From Anaeromyxobacteraceae bacterium (GTDB taxonomy: Bacteria; Myxococcota; Myxococcia; Myxococcales; Anaeromyxobacteraceae): a stretch of DNA of 64,000 nt. The stretch's first letter is position 1. Every line of letters starts with the position of its first letter. The stretch is taken from NCBI GenBank assembly GCA_047602405.1, contig JASGHJ010000002.1:2112001-2176000 (forward strand). Reading direction: 5' to 3'. Under the pieces are notes generated by a model. It was not told the origin of the DNA, made no database searches, and saw only the letters and a program-made list of their open reading frames with translations. Of the stretch, positions 1 to 9,965 are shown piece after piece. Both the position numbers and the translations under genes were made by a program.

Positions 1-762
1 CTTCGGCCCGATGTCGCCGACCTCGTCGAGGAAGAGCGTGCCGCCGTCGGCGGCCTCGAACTTGCCCTTGCGGCGGGAGACCGCGCCGGTGAAGGCGCCG
101 CGCTCGTGGCCGAACAGCTCGGACTCGAGGAGGCTCTCGGTGAGCGCCGCGCAGGAGACCGCCACGAACGGCATCTCGGCCCGGAGGCTCTCGGCGTGGA
201 TGGCGCGCGCGAGGACCTCCTTGCCGCTGCCGGACTCGCCGAGCACCAGGATGGTGGAGTTCGAGCGGGCCGCCGTGCGGGCGAGCTCGAAGACCGACTG
301 CATGGCCGGGCTCTTCGAGAGGAGGTCCCGGAACTTGAACTCCTTCTTGAGCGCCTGGCGCAGGACCGTGTTCTCCCGGACCAGCGTCTGCTGGGAGACG
401 ATCTTCTGCATCATCAGCGACATCTCCTCGGGATCGAACGGCTTCACGAGGTAGTCGTACGCACCGGACTTCATCGCCGTGACGGCGGTGTCCACGGTCG
501 CGTACGCGGTCATGATGACGACCGCGAGGTCCGCCTGCAGCTTCTTCGCCTCCTCGAGGACCTGCAGCCCGTCCATGCCGGGCATCTTCAGGTCCACGAT
601 GAGGATCGTGCGCCGCTTCTCCTTCAGCTTCCGCAGCGCCGACGGTCCGTCCGGCGCCGTGTCGACCTGGTAGCCGTCCTTCTCCAGCCAGCCGCCCAGC
701 GACTCGCGGACAATCTCCTCGTCGTCCACCACCAGGATGCTCGTGCCCTCGGTGACCGTCAT
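1..762 (-). CDS. Sigma-54-dependent (NtrC-family) response regulator, 3' end outside window
   Basis: Manual translation from ATG 762: receiver [20 protein letters not shown], Walker [39 protein letters not shown] overlap with upstream gene. Confidence 0.95.
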   Translation of the reverse strand, partial: MTVTEGTSILVVDDEEIVRESLGGWLEKDGYQVDTAPDGPSALRKLKEKRRTILIVDLKMPGMDGLQVLEEAKKLQADLAVVIMTAYATVDTAVTAMKSGAYDYLVKPFDPEEMSLMMQKIVSQQTLVRENTVLRQALKKEFKFRDLLSKSPAMQSVFELARTAARSNSTILVLGESGSGKEVLARAIHAESLRAEMPFVAVSCAALTESLLESELFGHERGAFTGAVSRRKGKFEAADGGTLFLDEVGDIGPK

Positions 763-1304
763 GCCCCGTCTCCTTCGGTCGGTGGCGCCTCGAGCACCGC
801 CCGGCATTCCTCACAAAGCGCGCCCGTCTTGTCGTCGACCTCGCGCACCGCGGGCGACCGCCCCATCACGCAGCCCTCCACGTGGCAGTGCACGAGCCCG
901 AAGGCGTGCCCCACCTCGTGGATGGCCTCCTTCGCGGCCCTGGCGAGGTACAGCGGCCGCCCCCGCTCCGCGACCCCGTCGACGAGCCGCGCGAGCGACA
1001 CCACCGCCGCGCGCCCGCCGAGCTGGGCCTCACCGAACACGTACGTCAGGATCGGGATGAACAGGTCCCGGTCGGTGACGCCCAGGACCTTCCCGTTCTC
1101 GGGCCCTTCCTCGATCAGCCACCTGAGGATGGGCGCGGTCTGCCACTGCTTCCGCTTCGCGTCGTAGGCGTGGAACGGCCGCTCCGGGCTCTCCCAGAGG
1201 AAGACGGGGCGCCCGAAGGTGTGGGCGAGCTCGCGGCGGACGTGCTCCATCAGCTCACGGTCCTCCTCGCCTTCCCCGATCCACCATGCGAACACGGAGT
1301 CCAT
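759..1304 (-). CDS. Archaemetzincin-family Zn metalloprotease
   Basis: [13 protein letters not shown]4-CVM...LCEEC motif; [10 protein letters not shown]. Confidence 0.9.
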   Translation of the reverse strand: MDSVFAWWIGEGEEDRELMEHVRRELAHTFGRPVFLWESPERPFHAYDAKRKQWQTAPILRWLIEEGPENGKVLGVTDRDLFIPILTYVFGEAQLGGRAAVVSLARLVDGVAERGRPLYLARAAKEAIHEVGHAFGLVHCHVEGCVMGRSPAVREVDDKTGALCEECRAVLEAPPTEGDGA

Positions 1305-1307
1305 TCA

Positions 1308-3086
1308 TCACTGTGCCCCCGGGACAGGGGCCCCCGTGCTGGCCGGCGCCCCCGTGGACGCGCGGGGCGCCGTCCCCGCGAGCGGCGGCAGTCGGATTGC
1401 GACGCGGGTCCCCTTCCCCACCTCGCTGCGCAGCTCGATCTTGCCGGCGTGGCGCTCGACGATGCCGTAGACCACCGAGAGGCCGAGCCCCGTGCCGCGC
1501 TCCTTCGTGGTGAAGAACGGGTCGAAGATCTTCGAGAGGTGGTCCGGGGCGATGCCCGGCCCGGTGTCGGCGAACGCGAGCTCGACCCACCGGCCGTTCT
1601 CGACCATCGCCGACTCGATCGCGAGCCGCCCGCCGCGCGACATCGCCTCGCAGGCGTTCATGATCACGTTCACGCAGGCCTGGCGCAGCTGCCCGAAGTC
1701 GCCCTGCACGCTCGGGATGGGGCCGAGGCGCTTGTCGATGGTGACGCCCTGGATGGCGATCTGGTTCGCCAGCAGCTGGAGGGCCTCGTCGACCACCGCG
1801 TTCGGGTCCACCTCCACCACGGTCAGCGGGCGCTCGCGCGCGAAGTCCAGCAGGTTGCGCACGATGGCGCTGCAGCGCTCGGTCTCGCGCTGCACGAGGA
1901 GCAGGTTCTTCACCATGGCCTTGCGGCCCGCCTCGTCCGGCACGCCCTGGTCGAGGTTGCGGACGATGAGCTTCGCGAAGGTCAGGATGCCGGCGAGCGG
2001 GTTGTTGATCTCGTGGGCGATGGAGGCCGAGAGCTTCCCGAGCGAGGAGAGCTTCTCGTTGCGGACGAGCTGCTCCTGGGCGGCCTCGAGCGCGGCGGTG
2101 CGCTCCTTCACCTGCCGCTCGAGCGAGTGCATCAGCCCGTCGACCTCGGCGCGCGCGCCGCGGAGCCTGCGGGTCATGTCGTTGAACGAGGCCGCGAGCA
2201 GGCCGAGCTCGCCGGACCAGGTGACCGGGATCTCGAGCTCGAGCTGGTCGCGCGAGACGCGGCGGGTGGCCTGCAGGAGCGCGGCGACCGGCTGGATGAC
2301 CTGGTGGCGGGCGAAGAACCAGACGAACAGCGAGAGCGAGAGCGCCACCATCGCGGCGATGGCGAGCGAGACCCAGCGGAAGTCGCGGGTCTCGGCGTCG
2401 AGGCGGGAGAGCGAGACCGAGACGTCGAGCACGCCGAGGACCTTCCGGTCCGGGCCGTGGGCGTGGCAGGCGGCGGTGGAGCAGGACGCGTCGTTGTGGA
2501 ACGCCGTGATGACGCCGAGCATCCGGCGCCCGTCCTGGCGGAACACCCGGCTGCGCTCCTCGAGCCCCACCGCGTGGATGGGCCCCGAGTCGAGGTGGCA
2601 GGCCACGCAGGACTCGGCCTTGCGGTCGACCTGATGCCCCGCCTCGCCCTGGGCCGTCGAGTAGGTGACGACGCCGTTCTCGTCGAACAGGCGGATCTTC
2701 TCGATCCCGGGCTGGCGGCCCACGTCCTCCATGATCGCGTAGGCGTCGGCGCGGCGGTCCTGCAGCATCGACCGGTGGAGCGCGTTGCGGATCGTGGCGC
2801 CGAGGAGGTCGGACTCCGCGACCACCTGCGAGAGGAGGTGGCGCTGCACCCCGATCTCGGCGAGGAAGAAGGCGCCGACGGTCACGATCGCGATGACGCC
2901 GACCATCCCGAGCAGGCGCACCGAGAGCCGCTGGATCCAGGGGATCTCGAACCCGACGTCCTGCAGCGAGTGTGGCGCGATGGCGCGCGCGAGCCGCGCG
3001 AGCGCGCGGTCCTCCGCCGGGGTGTGTGACCCGGGAAGGCTCGCGCCGTCCGGTACTCGCTGGTCCTTCGGAGCTGCCGTGGACAT
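1308..3086 (-). CDS. Membrane sensor histidine kinase (HAMP-HisKA-HATPase) with periplasmic heme-c motifs
   Basis: Two TM helices; CVACH and CSTAACH between them; AHEINNPL H-box; DTGPG, FDPFFTTK, GTGLGL; start set at ATG 3086 after GGAGG. Confidence 0.92.
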   Translation of the reverse strand: MSTAAPKDQRVPDGASLPGSHTPAEDRALARLARAIAPHSLQDVGFEIPWIQRLSVRLLGMVGVIAIVTVGAFFLAEIGVQRHLLSQVVAESDLLGATIRNALHRSMLQDRRADAYAIMEDVGRQPGIEKIRLFDENGVVTYSTAQGEAGHQVDRKAESCVACHLDSGPIHAVGLEERSRVFRQDGRRMLGVITAFHNDASCSTAACHAHGPDRKVLGVLDVSVSLSRLDAETRDFRWVSLAIAAMVALSLSLFVWFFARHQVIQPVAALLQATRRVSRDQLELEIPVTWSGELGLLAASFNDMTRRLRGARAEVDGLMHSLERQVKERTAALEAAQEQLVRNEKLSSLGKLSASIAHEINNPLAGILTFAKLIVRNLDQGVPDEAGRKAMVKNLLLVQRETERCSAIVRNLLDFARERPLTVVEVDPNAVVDEALQLLANQIAIQGVTIDKRLGPIPSVQGDFGQLRQACVNVIMNACEAMSRGGRLAIESAMVENGRWVELAFADTGPGIAPDHLSKIFDPFFTTKERGTGLGLSVVYGIVERHAGKIELRSEVGKGTRVAIRLPPLAGTAPRASTGAPASTGAPVPGAQ

Positions 3087-3333
3087 CCCGCCCCCTCCGG
3101 GAACGCCTCTCCCCCCAGACACCCTTGCCCTTCCGAGCCCATACGCCCGCGCACACATCGGTCACCTTGCGCGACGTCAACTGAACGTGGAGTTTTTCGA
3201 CGCACCCTCGCGGTCCCTGGTGAGGAACCCGACGCACCGTCCGTCGGAGGTGCGCGCCCGCGCACGCGCGCCCTCCCGCGCGGGGCTGCGCCGCGTGGCG
3301 CAGGTGTCCGCCGTGGGCTACCCTCGACCCTCC

Positions 3334-4246
3334 GTGTCCACCGACGACCGAGCCATCCTCCTCGTGCAGTGCCCCGACCGGTCCGGCATCGTCGCCGCGG
3401 TCTCGAGCTTCCTGTTCCGCCACGGCGCGAACATCCTCGACTTCGATCAGCACACCTCGGTCCCTCGACCCCGCGGCGACGAGGCCGCCGCCACGCCCGG
3501 AATGGCCGGCCAGGAAGGTCCTGTCTTCTTCACGCGCGTGGAGTTCGACACCGCGCGGATCGACCTGCCCCTCGACGACCTCGAGAAGGCCTTCGCCCTC
3601 GACGTCGCCCGCCCCTACGCGATGGACTGGCGGCTCTCCCGCGCCGGCAAGAAGAAGCGCATCGCGGTGCTCTGCTCCCGCCACGACCACGCGGTGCTGG
3701 AGCTCCTGTGGACCTGGCGCCGCGGCGAGCTCAACGGCGACGTCGTGCGGGTCATCTCGAACCACGAGGACCTGCGCGAGGCCACCGCGCCGTTCGGCGT
3801 CCCCTTCGACCACGTGCCGGTCACGCCCGCCACGAAGGAGGCGGCGGAGGCGCGGGTCTCGGCGCTCGTCGACGGCGAGGCCGACCTCCTCGTGCTCGCG
3901 CGCTACATGCAGATCCTCTCGCCCGCCCTGGTGGAGCGCTGGCGCGAGCGGATCATCAACATCCACCACTCCTTCCTCCCCGCCTTCGCCGGCGCGGACC
4001 CCTACCGGCAGGCGCACGAGCGCGGCGTGAAGATCGTCGGCGCGACGGCGCACTACGTGACGGCGGCGCTCGACGCCGGGCCGATCATCGACCAGGACGT
4101 GGCGCGGGTCAGCCACCGGGACTCGGTGGAGGATTCTCAAGCGCCTCGGTCGCGACCTCGAGCGGCGGGTCCTCGTCCGCGCCGTGCGCTGGCACTGCGA
4201 GGACCGCGTGCTCGTGCACGGGAACAAGACGGTCGTGTTCAGCTGA
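3334..4246 (+). CDS. purU: Formyltetrahydrofolate deformylase (apparent +1 frameshift at 4132-4136)
   Basis: ACT domain [47 protein letters not shown]-terminus [18 protein letters not shown] in the next frame. Confidence 0.93.
3462..3504 (-). repeat. Degenerate REP-like palindrome inserted in frame in purU
   Basis: Reverse complement CCGGGCGTGG-CGGCG..CGCCG-CGGGGTCGAGGG resembles the family consensus CCGAGCGTAG-stem-GGAGACGAGGG; coincides with the extra peptide [17 protein letters not shown]. Confidence 0.55.
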
Positions 4247-4250
4247 GCTT

Positions 4251-4298
4251 CATCCTTCGACTTCGGCCCGCTTCGCGGGCCTACGCTCAGGATGAGCG
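4251..4298 (-). repeat. GTAG-type REP element between convergent purU and terC
   Basis: Reverse complement CATCCTGAGCGTAG-GCCCGC-GAA-GCGGGC-CGAAGTCGAAGGATG; same architecture as copies at 37091, 57196 and 61476. Confidence 0.8.
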
Positions 4299-4303
4299 AA
4301 CGA

Positions 4304-5269
4304 TCAGGAGCGGCTCTCCACCGGCCTGCCGTCCGGCTGCGCCCGCGCCTCGTCCCGCGCGCTCCGCCAGAGCGAGTACGCGATCGACGCGCCGAGCAGC
4401 GAGACCACCACCCCGAGCGACACGAGCGCGTGCAGGTGCACGACCCCGGAGGCGAGCATCTTCGCGCCGATGAACACCAGCACCGCCGCGAGCCCCGCCT
4501 TCAGGTACGCGAACTTCCGGAGCAGCTGGGCCACCGCGAAGTAGAGCGACCGCAGGCCCAGGATCGCGAAGATGTTCGAGGTGAAGACGATGAAGGGGTC
4601 GAGGGTCACCCCGAAGATCGCCGGGATCGAGTCGAGGGCGAAGACGACGTCCGACACCTCGATGAGCACGAGCGCGAGGAGGAGCGGCGTCGCGACCCGC
4701 CGGCCGTGCTCCCGGAGGAAGAAGGCGTGCCCCTCCATGCGCGTGGTCGAGGGCACGATCCGGCGGAGGAGCCGGAAGGCGAAGCTCCGCTCCGGGCGGT
4801 GCTGCTCCTCCCCCTGGAGCCACAGCCGCAGCCCCGTCACCACGAGGAAGCCGCCGAAGACGTAGATGAGCGCGTGGAACCGCTGCAGGAGCGCGGAGCC
4901 GCCCACGATCATGAGCGCGCGCAGCACGAGCGCGGTGAGGATGCCCCAGAACAGCACCCGGTGCTGGACCTCGCGGGGGATGGCGAAGGTCGAGAAGATG
5001 ACGACGAAGACGAAGAGGTTGTCGACCGAGAGCGACTTCTCGATGAGGTAGCCGGTCAGGTACTCGACCGCGAGCGTGCCGCCGAAGCGCCACCACACGA
5101 AGGCGCCGAAGGCGAGCGCGAGCGCGATCCAGACCGCCGTCCACCCGAGCGCCTCGCGCGTCCGCACCACGTGGTCCCGGCGGTTGAACACGCCGAGATC
5201 GAGCGCGAGGAGCGCGAGGACGAGGAGGATGAAGCCTCCCCAGAGCAAGGGTGTGCCGACGGTCTCCAT
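4304..5269 (-). CDS. TerC/Alx-family membrane protein
   Basis: YLIEKSLSVDNLFVF, DVVFALDSIPAIF, TSNIFAILGLRSLYF; alternative GTG start at 5275. Confidence 0.95.
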   Translation of the reverse strand: METVGTPLLWGGFILLVLALLALDLGVFNRRDHVVRTREALGWTAVWIALALAFGAFVWWRFGGTLAVEYLTGYLIEKSLSVDNLFVFVVIFSTFAIPREVQHRVLFWGILTALVLRALMIVGGSALLQRFHALIYVFGGFLVVTGLRLWLQGEEQHRPERSFAFRLLRRIVPSTTRMEGHAFFLREHGRRVATPLLLALVLIEVSDVVFALDSIPAIFGVTLDPFIVFTSNIFAILGLRSLYFAVAQLLRKFAYLKAGLAAVLVFIGAKMLASGVVHLHALVSLGVVVSLLGASIAYSLWRSARDEARAQPDGRPVESRS

Positions 5270-5357
5270 GTTCACGCGGGCCGCTCCCCCCGGAAGGCCC
5301 AGACCTTTCTAGACCGCCCCGCACACCCGGGCGTGAGATAGTTTCTGCAACAGACTG

Positions 5358-5373
5358 AGGTTTAAGCTAACCT
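5358..5373. promoter_or_regulatory. Palindrome in AT-rich divergent terC/nhaR promoter region (possible LysR site)
   Basis: AGGTT-TAAGCT-AACCT. Confidence 0.35.
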
Positions 5374-5399
5374 TCAACGAACGTCCAGGAGGGGCCGAC

Positions 5400-6305
5400 A
5401 TGGAGTGGCTCAACTACCACCACCTGTTCTACTTCTGGACGGTCGCGCGCGCCGGCAGCATCGCGAAGGCGAGCCAGGAGCTCCGGCTCGCCCAGCCCAC
5501 CATCTCGAACCAGCTGAAGACCCTCGAGGCCAACCTCGGCGTGAAGCTCCTCGAGCGCCAGGGCCGCCGGCTGGTGCTCACCGATGTGGGGCGGACGGTG
5601 CTGAAGTACGCCGACGACATCTTCCGCACCGGCCGCGAGCTGCAGCGGGCGGTGAAGGGGCTGCCGACCGGCCAGCGGATGCGCCTCGTCGCCGGCGTCG
5701 CCGACGTCATCCCGAAGCGCATGGCCGCGCTCCTCCTGCAGCCCGCCGTGGACGCGTTCCCGGACCTCACCGTGGTCGCGCGCGAGGGTCCGCTCCCGCA
5801 GCTCCTCGCCGCGCTCGCCATCCACGAGCTCGACGTCGTCATCGCCGACGTGCCCGCCACCGAGGACGTGAAGGTGAAGGCCTTCAACCACCGGCTCGGC
5901 GACTGCGGGACGACCTTCTTCGCGCCCCCGAAGCTCGCCGCGCTGAGGCGGGGCTTCCCGGGCTCGCTCGCCGGGGCGCCGCTCCTCCTGCCGGCGGAGG
6001 GCACCGCGCTCCGCAAGGGCATGGACGCCTGGCTCGAGGAGCAGGAGCTGCGGCCGGTGCTCGCGGGCGAGTTCGACGACAGCGCGCTCATGATGGCGTT
6101 CGGCTCGCGCGGGCTCGGCGTCTTCCCCGCGCCGCGCGTGCTCGAGGACGAGATCCGCACCCAGTTCGGCGTCTCGGTGGTCGGCCGCGTGGACGAGGTG
6201 CGCGAGGCCTTCCACGCGATCACGGTCGAGCGCCGCCTGCGCCACCCGGCGGTCGTCGCCGTGGTGGAGACCGCGCGGGACGCCGTCTTCGGCCCGGCCG
6301 CGTGA
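5400..6305 (+). CDS. nhaR: NhaR-like LysR-family transcriptional activator
   Basis: MEWLNYHHLFYFW N-terminus with HTH; GEFDDSALM; ERRLRHPAV. Confidence 0.85.
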   Translation: MEWLNYHHLFYFWTVARAGSIAKASQELRLAQPTISNQLKTLEANLGVKLLERQGRRLVLTDVGRTVLKYADDIFRTGRELQRAVKGLPTGQRMRLVAGVADVIPKRMAALLLQPAVDAFPDLTVVAREGPLPQLLAALAIHELDVVIADVPATEDVKVKAFNHRLGDCGTTFFAPPKLAALRRGFPGSLAGAPLLLPAEGTALRKGMDAWLEEQELRPVLAGEFDDSALMMAFGSRGLGVFPAPRVLEDEIRTQFGVSVVGRVDEVREAFHAITVERRLRHPAVVAVVETARDAVFGPAA

Positions 6306-6320
6306 GCGGGCCGGCGGGCG

Positions 6321-6336
6321 TGTGACTTAGGTCACA
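6321..6336. promoter_or_regulatory. CRP/FNR-family binding site upstream of htpX
   Basis: Perfect TGTGA-N6-TCACA (TGTGACTTAGGTCACA), followed by a TGCTGA..TCAGCA inverted repeat at 6348-6374. Confidence 0.6.
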
Positions 6337-6401
6337 CCTCAGAATCTTGCTGACATTGTCTAATAGACTCAGCATGTGCGACGGGCCATGTTCCCCGTCG
6401 G

Positions 6402-7302
6402 ATGAACCAGCTCAAGACGATCCTGCTCCTCGGCTCGCTCTCCGCGATCCTCCTCGCGCTCGGCGCCAGCGTCGGCCCGGGCGCCTTCTGGGTCATGACC
6501 GCCCTCGCGGTGGGCATGAACCTCGTCGGCTACTTCTTCTCGGACAAGCTCGTGCTCCGGATGCACGGCGCCCGCGAGCTCCCGCGCGAGGAGTCCCCCC
6601 GGCTCCACGCCCTCGTGGAGGAGCTCTCCGGCCGCGCCGGGATCCCGAAGCCGCGGGTGTTCCTCATGGACGACCCGCACGCGAACGCCTTCGCCACCGG
6701 GCGCAACCCGCGGAACGCGGTGGTCGCGGTGACCCGCGGCATCCTCGAGAATCCTCGACGAGCGCGAGCTGCGCGGCGTCCTCGCCCACGAGCTCGCGCA
6801 CGTGAAGAACCGCGACATCCTCGTCGCGAGCGTCGCGGCCGGCCTCGCCACCGCCGTCTCGCACCTCTCGCACGTGCTCGCCTTCGCGGGCCTGGCGGGC
6901 GGCTCCGACGAGGAGGATGGCGCACCCGCGGCCGGCCTCGCCACGATGATCCTCGCCCCCATCGGCGCCACGCTCGTGCAGCTCGGCATCTCCCGCTCGC
7001 GCGAGTTCCTCGCCGACGAGGCCGGCGCCCGCATGTCGGGCGACCCCCTCGCGCTCGCGAGCGCGCTCGAGAAGCTGCACCGCTCCGCGGAGGAGCTCCC
7101 GAGCGCGGCCACCCCGGCCACCGCGAGCCTCCACATCGTGAACCCGTTCGGCGGCCTCGCCGGCGGCCTCGCGAAGCTCTTCTCGACGCACCCGCCCGCC
7201 GAGGAGCGCATCCGCCGCCTCCGCGAGCTCGCGTGCACCGTGCGCGGGCCGGCCTTCGACGCGCCGGCGACGTTCATGCGCTCGCGGCTCGCGCGCTCGT
7301 GA
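6402..7302 (+). CDS. htpX: HtpX (M48) membrane zinc protease (apparent +1 frameshift at 6749-6753)
   Basis: NAFATGRNP; corrected frame gives ELRGVLAHELAHVKNRD, SRSREFLAD, FSTHPP. Confidence 0.92.
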
Positions 7303-7404
7303 CGCGGCGAGACCGGAGTGACGGGATCGTGACGGCCCGACGCCATGCCGGGCCGTCACGCGGGCGTTGACGGGGGCCCCGCTCTCCTCCAAAAAGGGGC
7401 GCGG

Positions 7405-8838
7405 ATGCCTCCTTCCCTGCCCCGCCTCGCCGCTCCGGCGGCGCTCTTGCTCGCCCTCGCCGGGAGCGGCTGCGCGACGCTCTGGCCACCCGCGCAGCTC
7501 TCGAGGCACGCGCCGCCTCCGCGGGAGATCGCCGCGGCGTGGCCGGCCGCCCCGGCCGTGCCCGCCCCGACGGCCCCTCCGGCGCCGCCGGCCGGCGCCG
7601 AGCCCGCGCCGCGCTCGCTGACGGACCTCGTGGACCGCGCGCTCCGCACCGATCCCGCCACGCGCGCGGTCTGGCAGGACGCCCGCGCCGCCGCCGCCGA
7701 GGCGGGCGCACGCCGGGCCGACTACCTCCCCGCGGTCACCGCGACGGGCAACCTCACGCGCGTCGGCGGCCTCGGCCCGGCCTCCACGCCCGAGTCCACC
7801 ACCGCGAGCGCGACCGCGGCGCTCACCTGGCTGCTCCTCGACGTGGGCGGCCGCGGTGCGCGCGCGGAGGAAGGCGACCTGCTGCTCGAGGCGGCCCGGC
7901 TCGCGGAGCACGCCGCGGTCGCCGATCTCGTGCTCTCGGTGCAGCAGACCTACTACCAGCTCCTCGCCGCGCGGGCGCTCGCGGAGGCCGAGGGCTCGAC
8001 GGTGAAGCAGGCCGCGGCGAACCTCGAGGCCGCGGAGGGCCGCCGCCGCTCCGGGCTCGCGACCGTCGCCGACGTCCTCGCCGCCCGCACCCAGCTCGCC
8101 CAGCTCCGGCTCTCGCAGCAGCAGCTCGAGGGGCAGGCCCTCGCGCTGCGCGGGGCGCTCGCGACGCTCGCCGGGCTCGAGCCGACCGCCGAGCTCGAGG
8201 TGGGCGCGCTGCCCACCCGCGTGGACGCCGCGGGGGCCACGCCGAGGGTCGAGGCGATCCTCGCCGAGGCCGCCGCCCGCAACCCCGACCTCGGCCGGGC
8301 CCGCGCCCTCGCCGGCGCCGCCGACGCACGCGCCCGCGCCGCGCGCTCGGCGCTCTTCCCGACGCTCTCCGCGCAGGCGAGCGCCACCCGCGCCTGGCCG
8401 CTCCGGCCCGCCGACGGCGATCCCTCCACCCTGTGGAGCGCCGGCCTCGTGCTGCGCTTCCCGCTCTTCGAGGGGCTCGGCGCGACCTACGACGTGCTCT
8501 CCGCCCGCGCCTCCGCGGAGGCCTCCCGGCTGCGCGCCGACGCGACGGCCCAGCGGGTGGCGCTCGACGTCTGGACGAACTTCCAGGCGCTGCGCACCGC
8601 CGGCGAGCGGCTCGAGTCCGCCCGCGCCCTGCTCGAGTCGGCGACCGCCTCGGCGGAGGTCGCCGCCGGCCGCTACCACGAGGGGGTGGGCTCCATCCTC
8701 GACCTCCTCAACGCCCAGGCCGCGCTCGAGGGCGCGCGCGCCGAGGACGTCCGCGCCCGCGCGGACTGGCTCCTCTCCGTCGCGCGGCTCGCCCGCGCCG
8801 CGGGCCGCCTGGATCTCCCGGAGGACGCCCACCGATGA
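7405..8838 (+). CDS. TolC-family outer membrane efflux lipoprotein
   Basis: Lipobox LAGSGC; two OEP repeats; RYHEGVGSILDLLNAQ. Confidence 0.9.
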   Translation: MPPSLPRLAAPAALLLALAGSGCATLWPPAQLSRHAPPPREIAAAWPAAPAVPAPTAPPAPPAGAEPAPRSLTDLVDRALRTDPATRAVWQDARAAAAEAGARRADYLPAVTATGNLTRVGGLGPASTPESTTASATAALTWLLLDVGGRGARAEEGDLLLEAARLAEHAAVADLVLSVQQTYYQLLAARALAEAEGSTVKQAAANLEAAEGRRRSGLATVADVLAARTQLAQLRLSQQQLEGQALALRGALATLAGLEPTAELEVGALPTRVDAAGATPRVEAILAEAAARNPDLGRARALAGAADARARAARSALFPTLSAQASATRAWPLRPADGDPSTLWSAGLVLRFPLFEGLGATYDVLSARASAEASRLRADATAQRVALDVWTNFQALRTAGERLESARALLESATASAEVAAGRYHEGVGSILDLLNAQAALEGARAEDVRARADWLLSVARLARAAGRLDLPEDAHR

Positions 8839-9965
8839 ACCGCACCGCGCTCGCCGTCCCGCTCTCCCTCCTCGTCGCCGCGTGCGGCGCCGACCCGAAG
8901 GCCGGCCAGAAGGGCCCGCGCCCGGTGCCGGTGCGCGCCGTCACCGCCCAGGTGCGCGACGTCCCCGTGGAGGTCCGCGCCGTCGGCCGCATCGAGGCGA
9001 GCCAGTCGGTCGCGGTGCGCCCGCAGGTCTCCGGGCAGCTCACCCGCGCGCACTTCACCGAGGGGCAGTACGTCCAGAAGGACGCCCTCCTCGTCGAGAT
9101 CGACCGCCGCCCGTACGAGGCCGCCCTCGCCGAGGCCCGGGGGCGGCTCGCGCAGGATCAGGCGCGTGCCGAGAACGCCCGCGCCGACGCGACCCGCTTC
9201 GCGGAGCTCGTCGGCAAGGAGTACGTGAGCCGCTCCCAGTACGAGGCCGCGAAGGCCAACGCCGCGGCGCTCGAGGCGGCGGTCGTCGCGGACCGGGCCA
9301 CCGTCGAGCGCGCCGCGCTGAACCTCTCCTACTGCACCATCCGCGCGCCCGCCTCGGGCCGGACCGGGCGGCTGCTCGTGCACCCGGGCAACCTCGTGTC
9401 GGCGACGGCCGCCGAGCCGCTCCTCACGCTGCAGCAGGTGAAGCCGGTCTTCGCGACCTTCTCCATCCCGGAGGGCCACCTCGCCGCCCTGCGCGCGCGC
9501 CGCGACGCGCCGCCGCCGGTGCGGCTGCGGGCCGGGAGCGGGCCCGAGGTCGCCGGCGAGCTCGTGTTCGTCGACAACGCGGTCGACGCGACGACCGGCA
9601 CCATCCTGCTCCGCGCGCGGATCGAGAACGCCGACGAGCTCCTCTGGCCGGGCCAGGCGGTGGACGTCTTCGTGCGGGTCGCCGAGCGCGAGCGGGCCGT
9701 GGTCGTGCCCGCGTCCGCGGTGGCGACCGGCCAGCAGGGCGACTACGCCTACGTCGTGGTGGACGGCAAGGCGCAGCTGCGCAACGTGACGGTCGCGGAG
9801 GCGAAGGAGAAGGAGGTCGTCCTCGCCGCCGGCATCGCCGCCGGCGAGACGGTCGTGACCGAGGGGCTCCTGAAGCTCCGCCCGGACGCGCCGGTCGAGC
9901 TCCTGGGCGCGGGCGGAGGCGGCGCGGCCACCGGCGCCCGCCCGGAGGGGGCCGGGACCCGATGA
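8835..9965 (+). CDS. RND efflux periplasmic adaptor (MdtA-like)
   Basis: Lipobox LVAAC; VRPQVSG, IRAPASGRTG, DNAVDATTGTI; ATGA overlaps. Confidence 0.93.
   Translation: MNRTALAVPLSLLVAACGADPKAGQKGPRPVPVRAVTAQVRDVPVEVRAVGRIEASQSVAVRPQVSGQLTRAHFTEGQYVQKDALLVEIDRRPYEAALAEARGRLAQDQARAENARADATRFAELVGKEYVSRSQYEAAKANAAALEAAVVADRATVERAALNLSYCTIRAPASGRTGRLLVHPGNLVSATAAEPLLTLQQVKPVFATFSIPEGHLAALRARRDAPPPVRLRAGSGPEVAGELVFVDNAVDATTGTILLRARIENADELLWPGQAVDVFVRVAERERAVVVPASAVATGQQGDYAYVVVDGKAQLRNVTVAEAKEKEVVLAAGIAAGETVVTEGLLKLRPDAPVELLGAGGGGAATGARPEGAGTR

Noticed and set aside
5270..5399. yybP-ykoY manganese riboswitch before terC
   Set aside because: The short intergenic region is shared with the divergent LysR gene, and I could not recognise the aptamer consensus.
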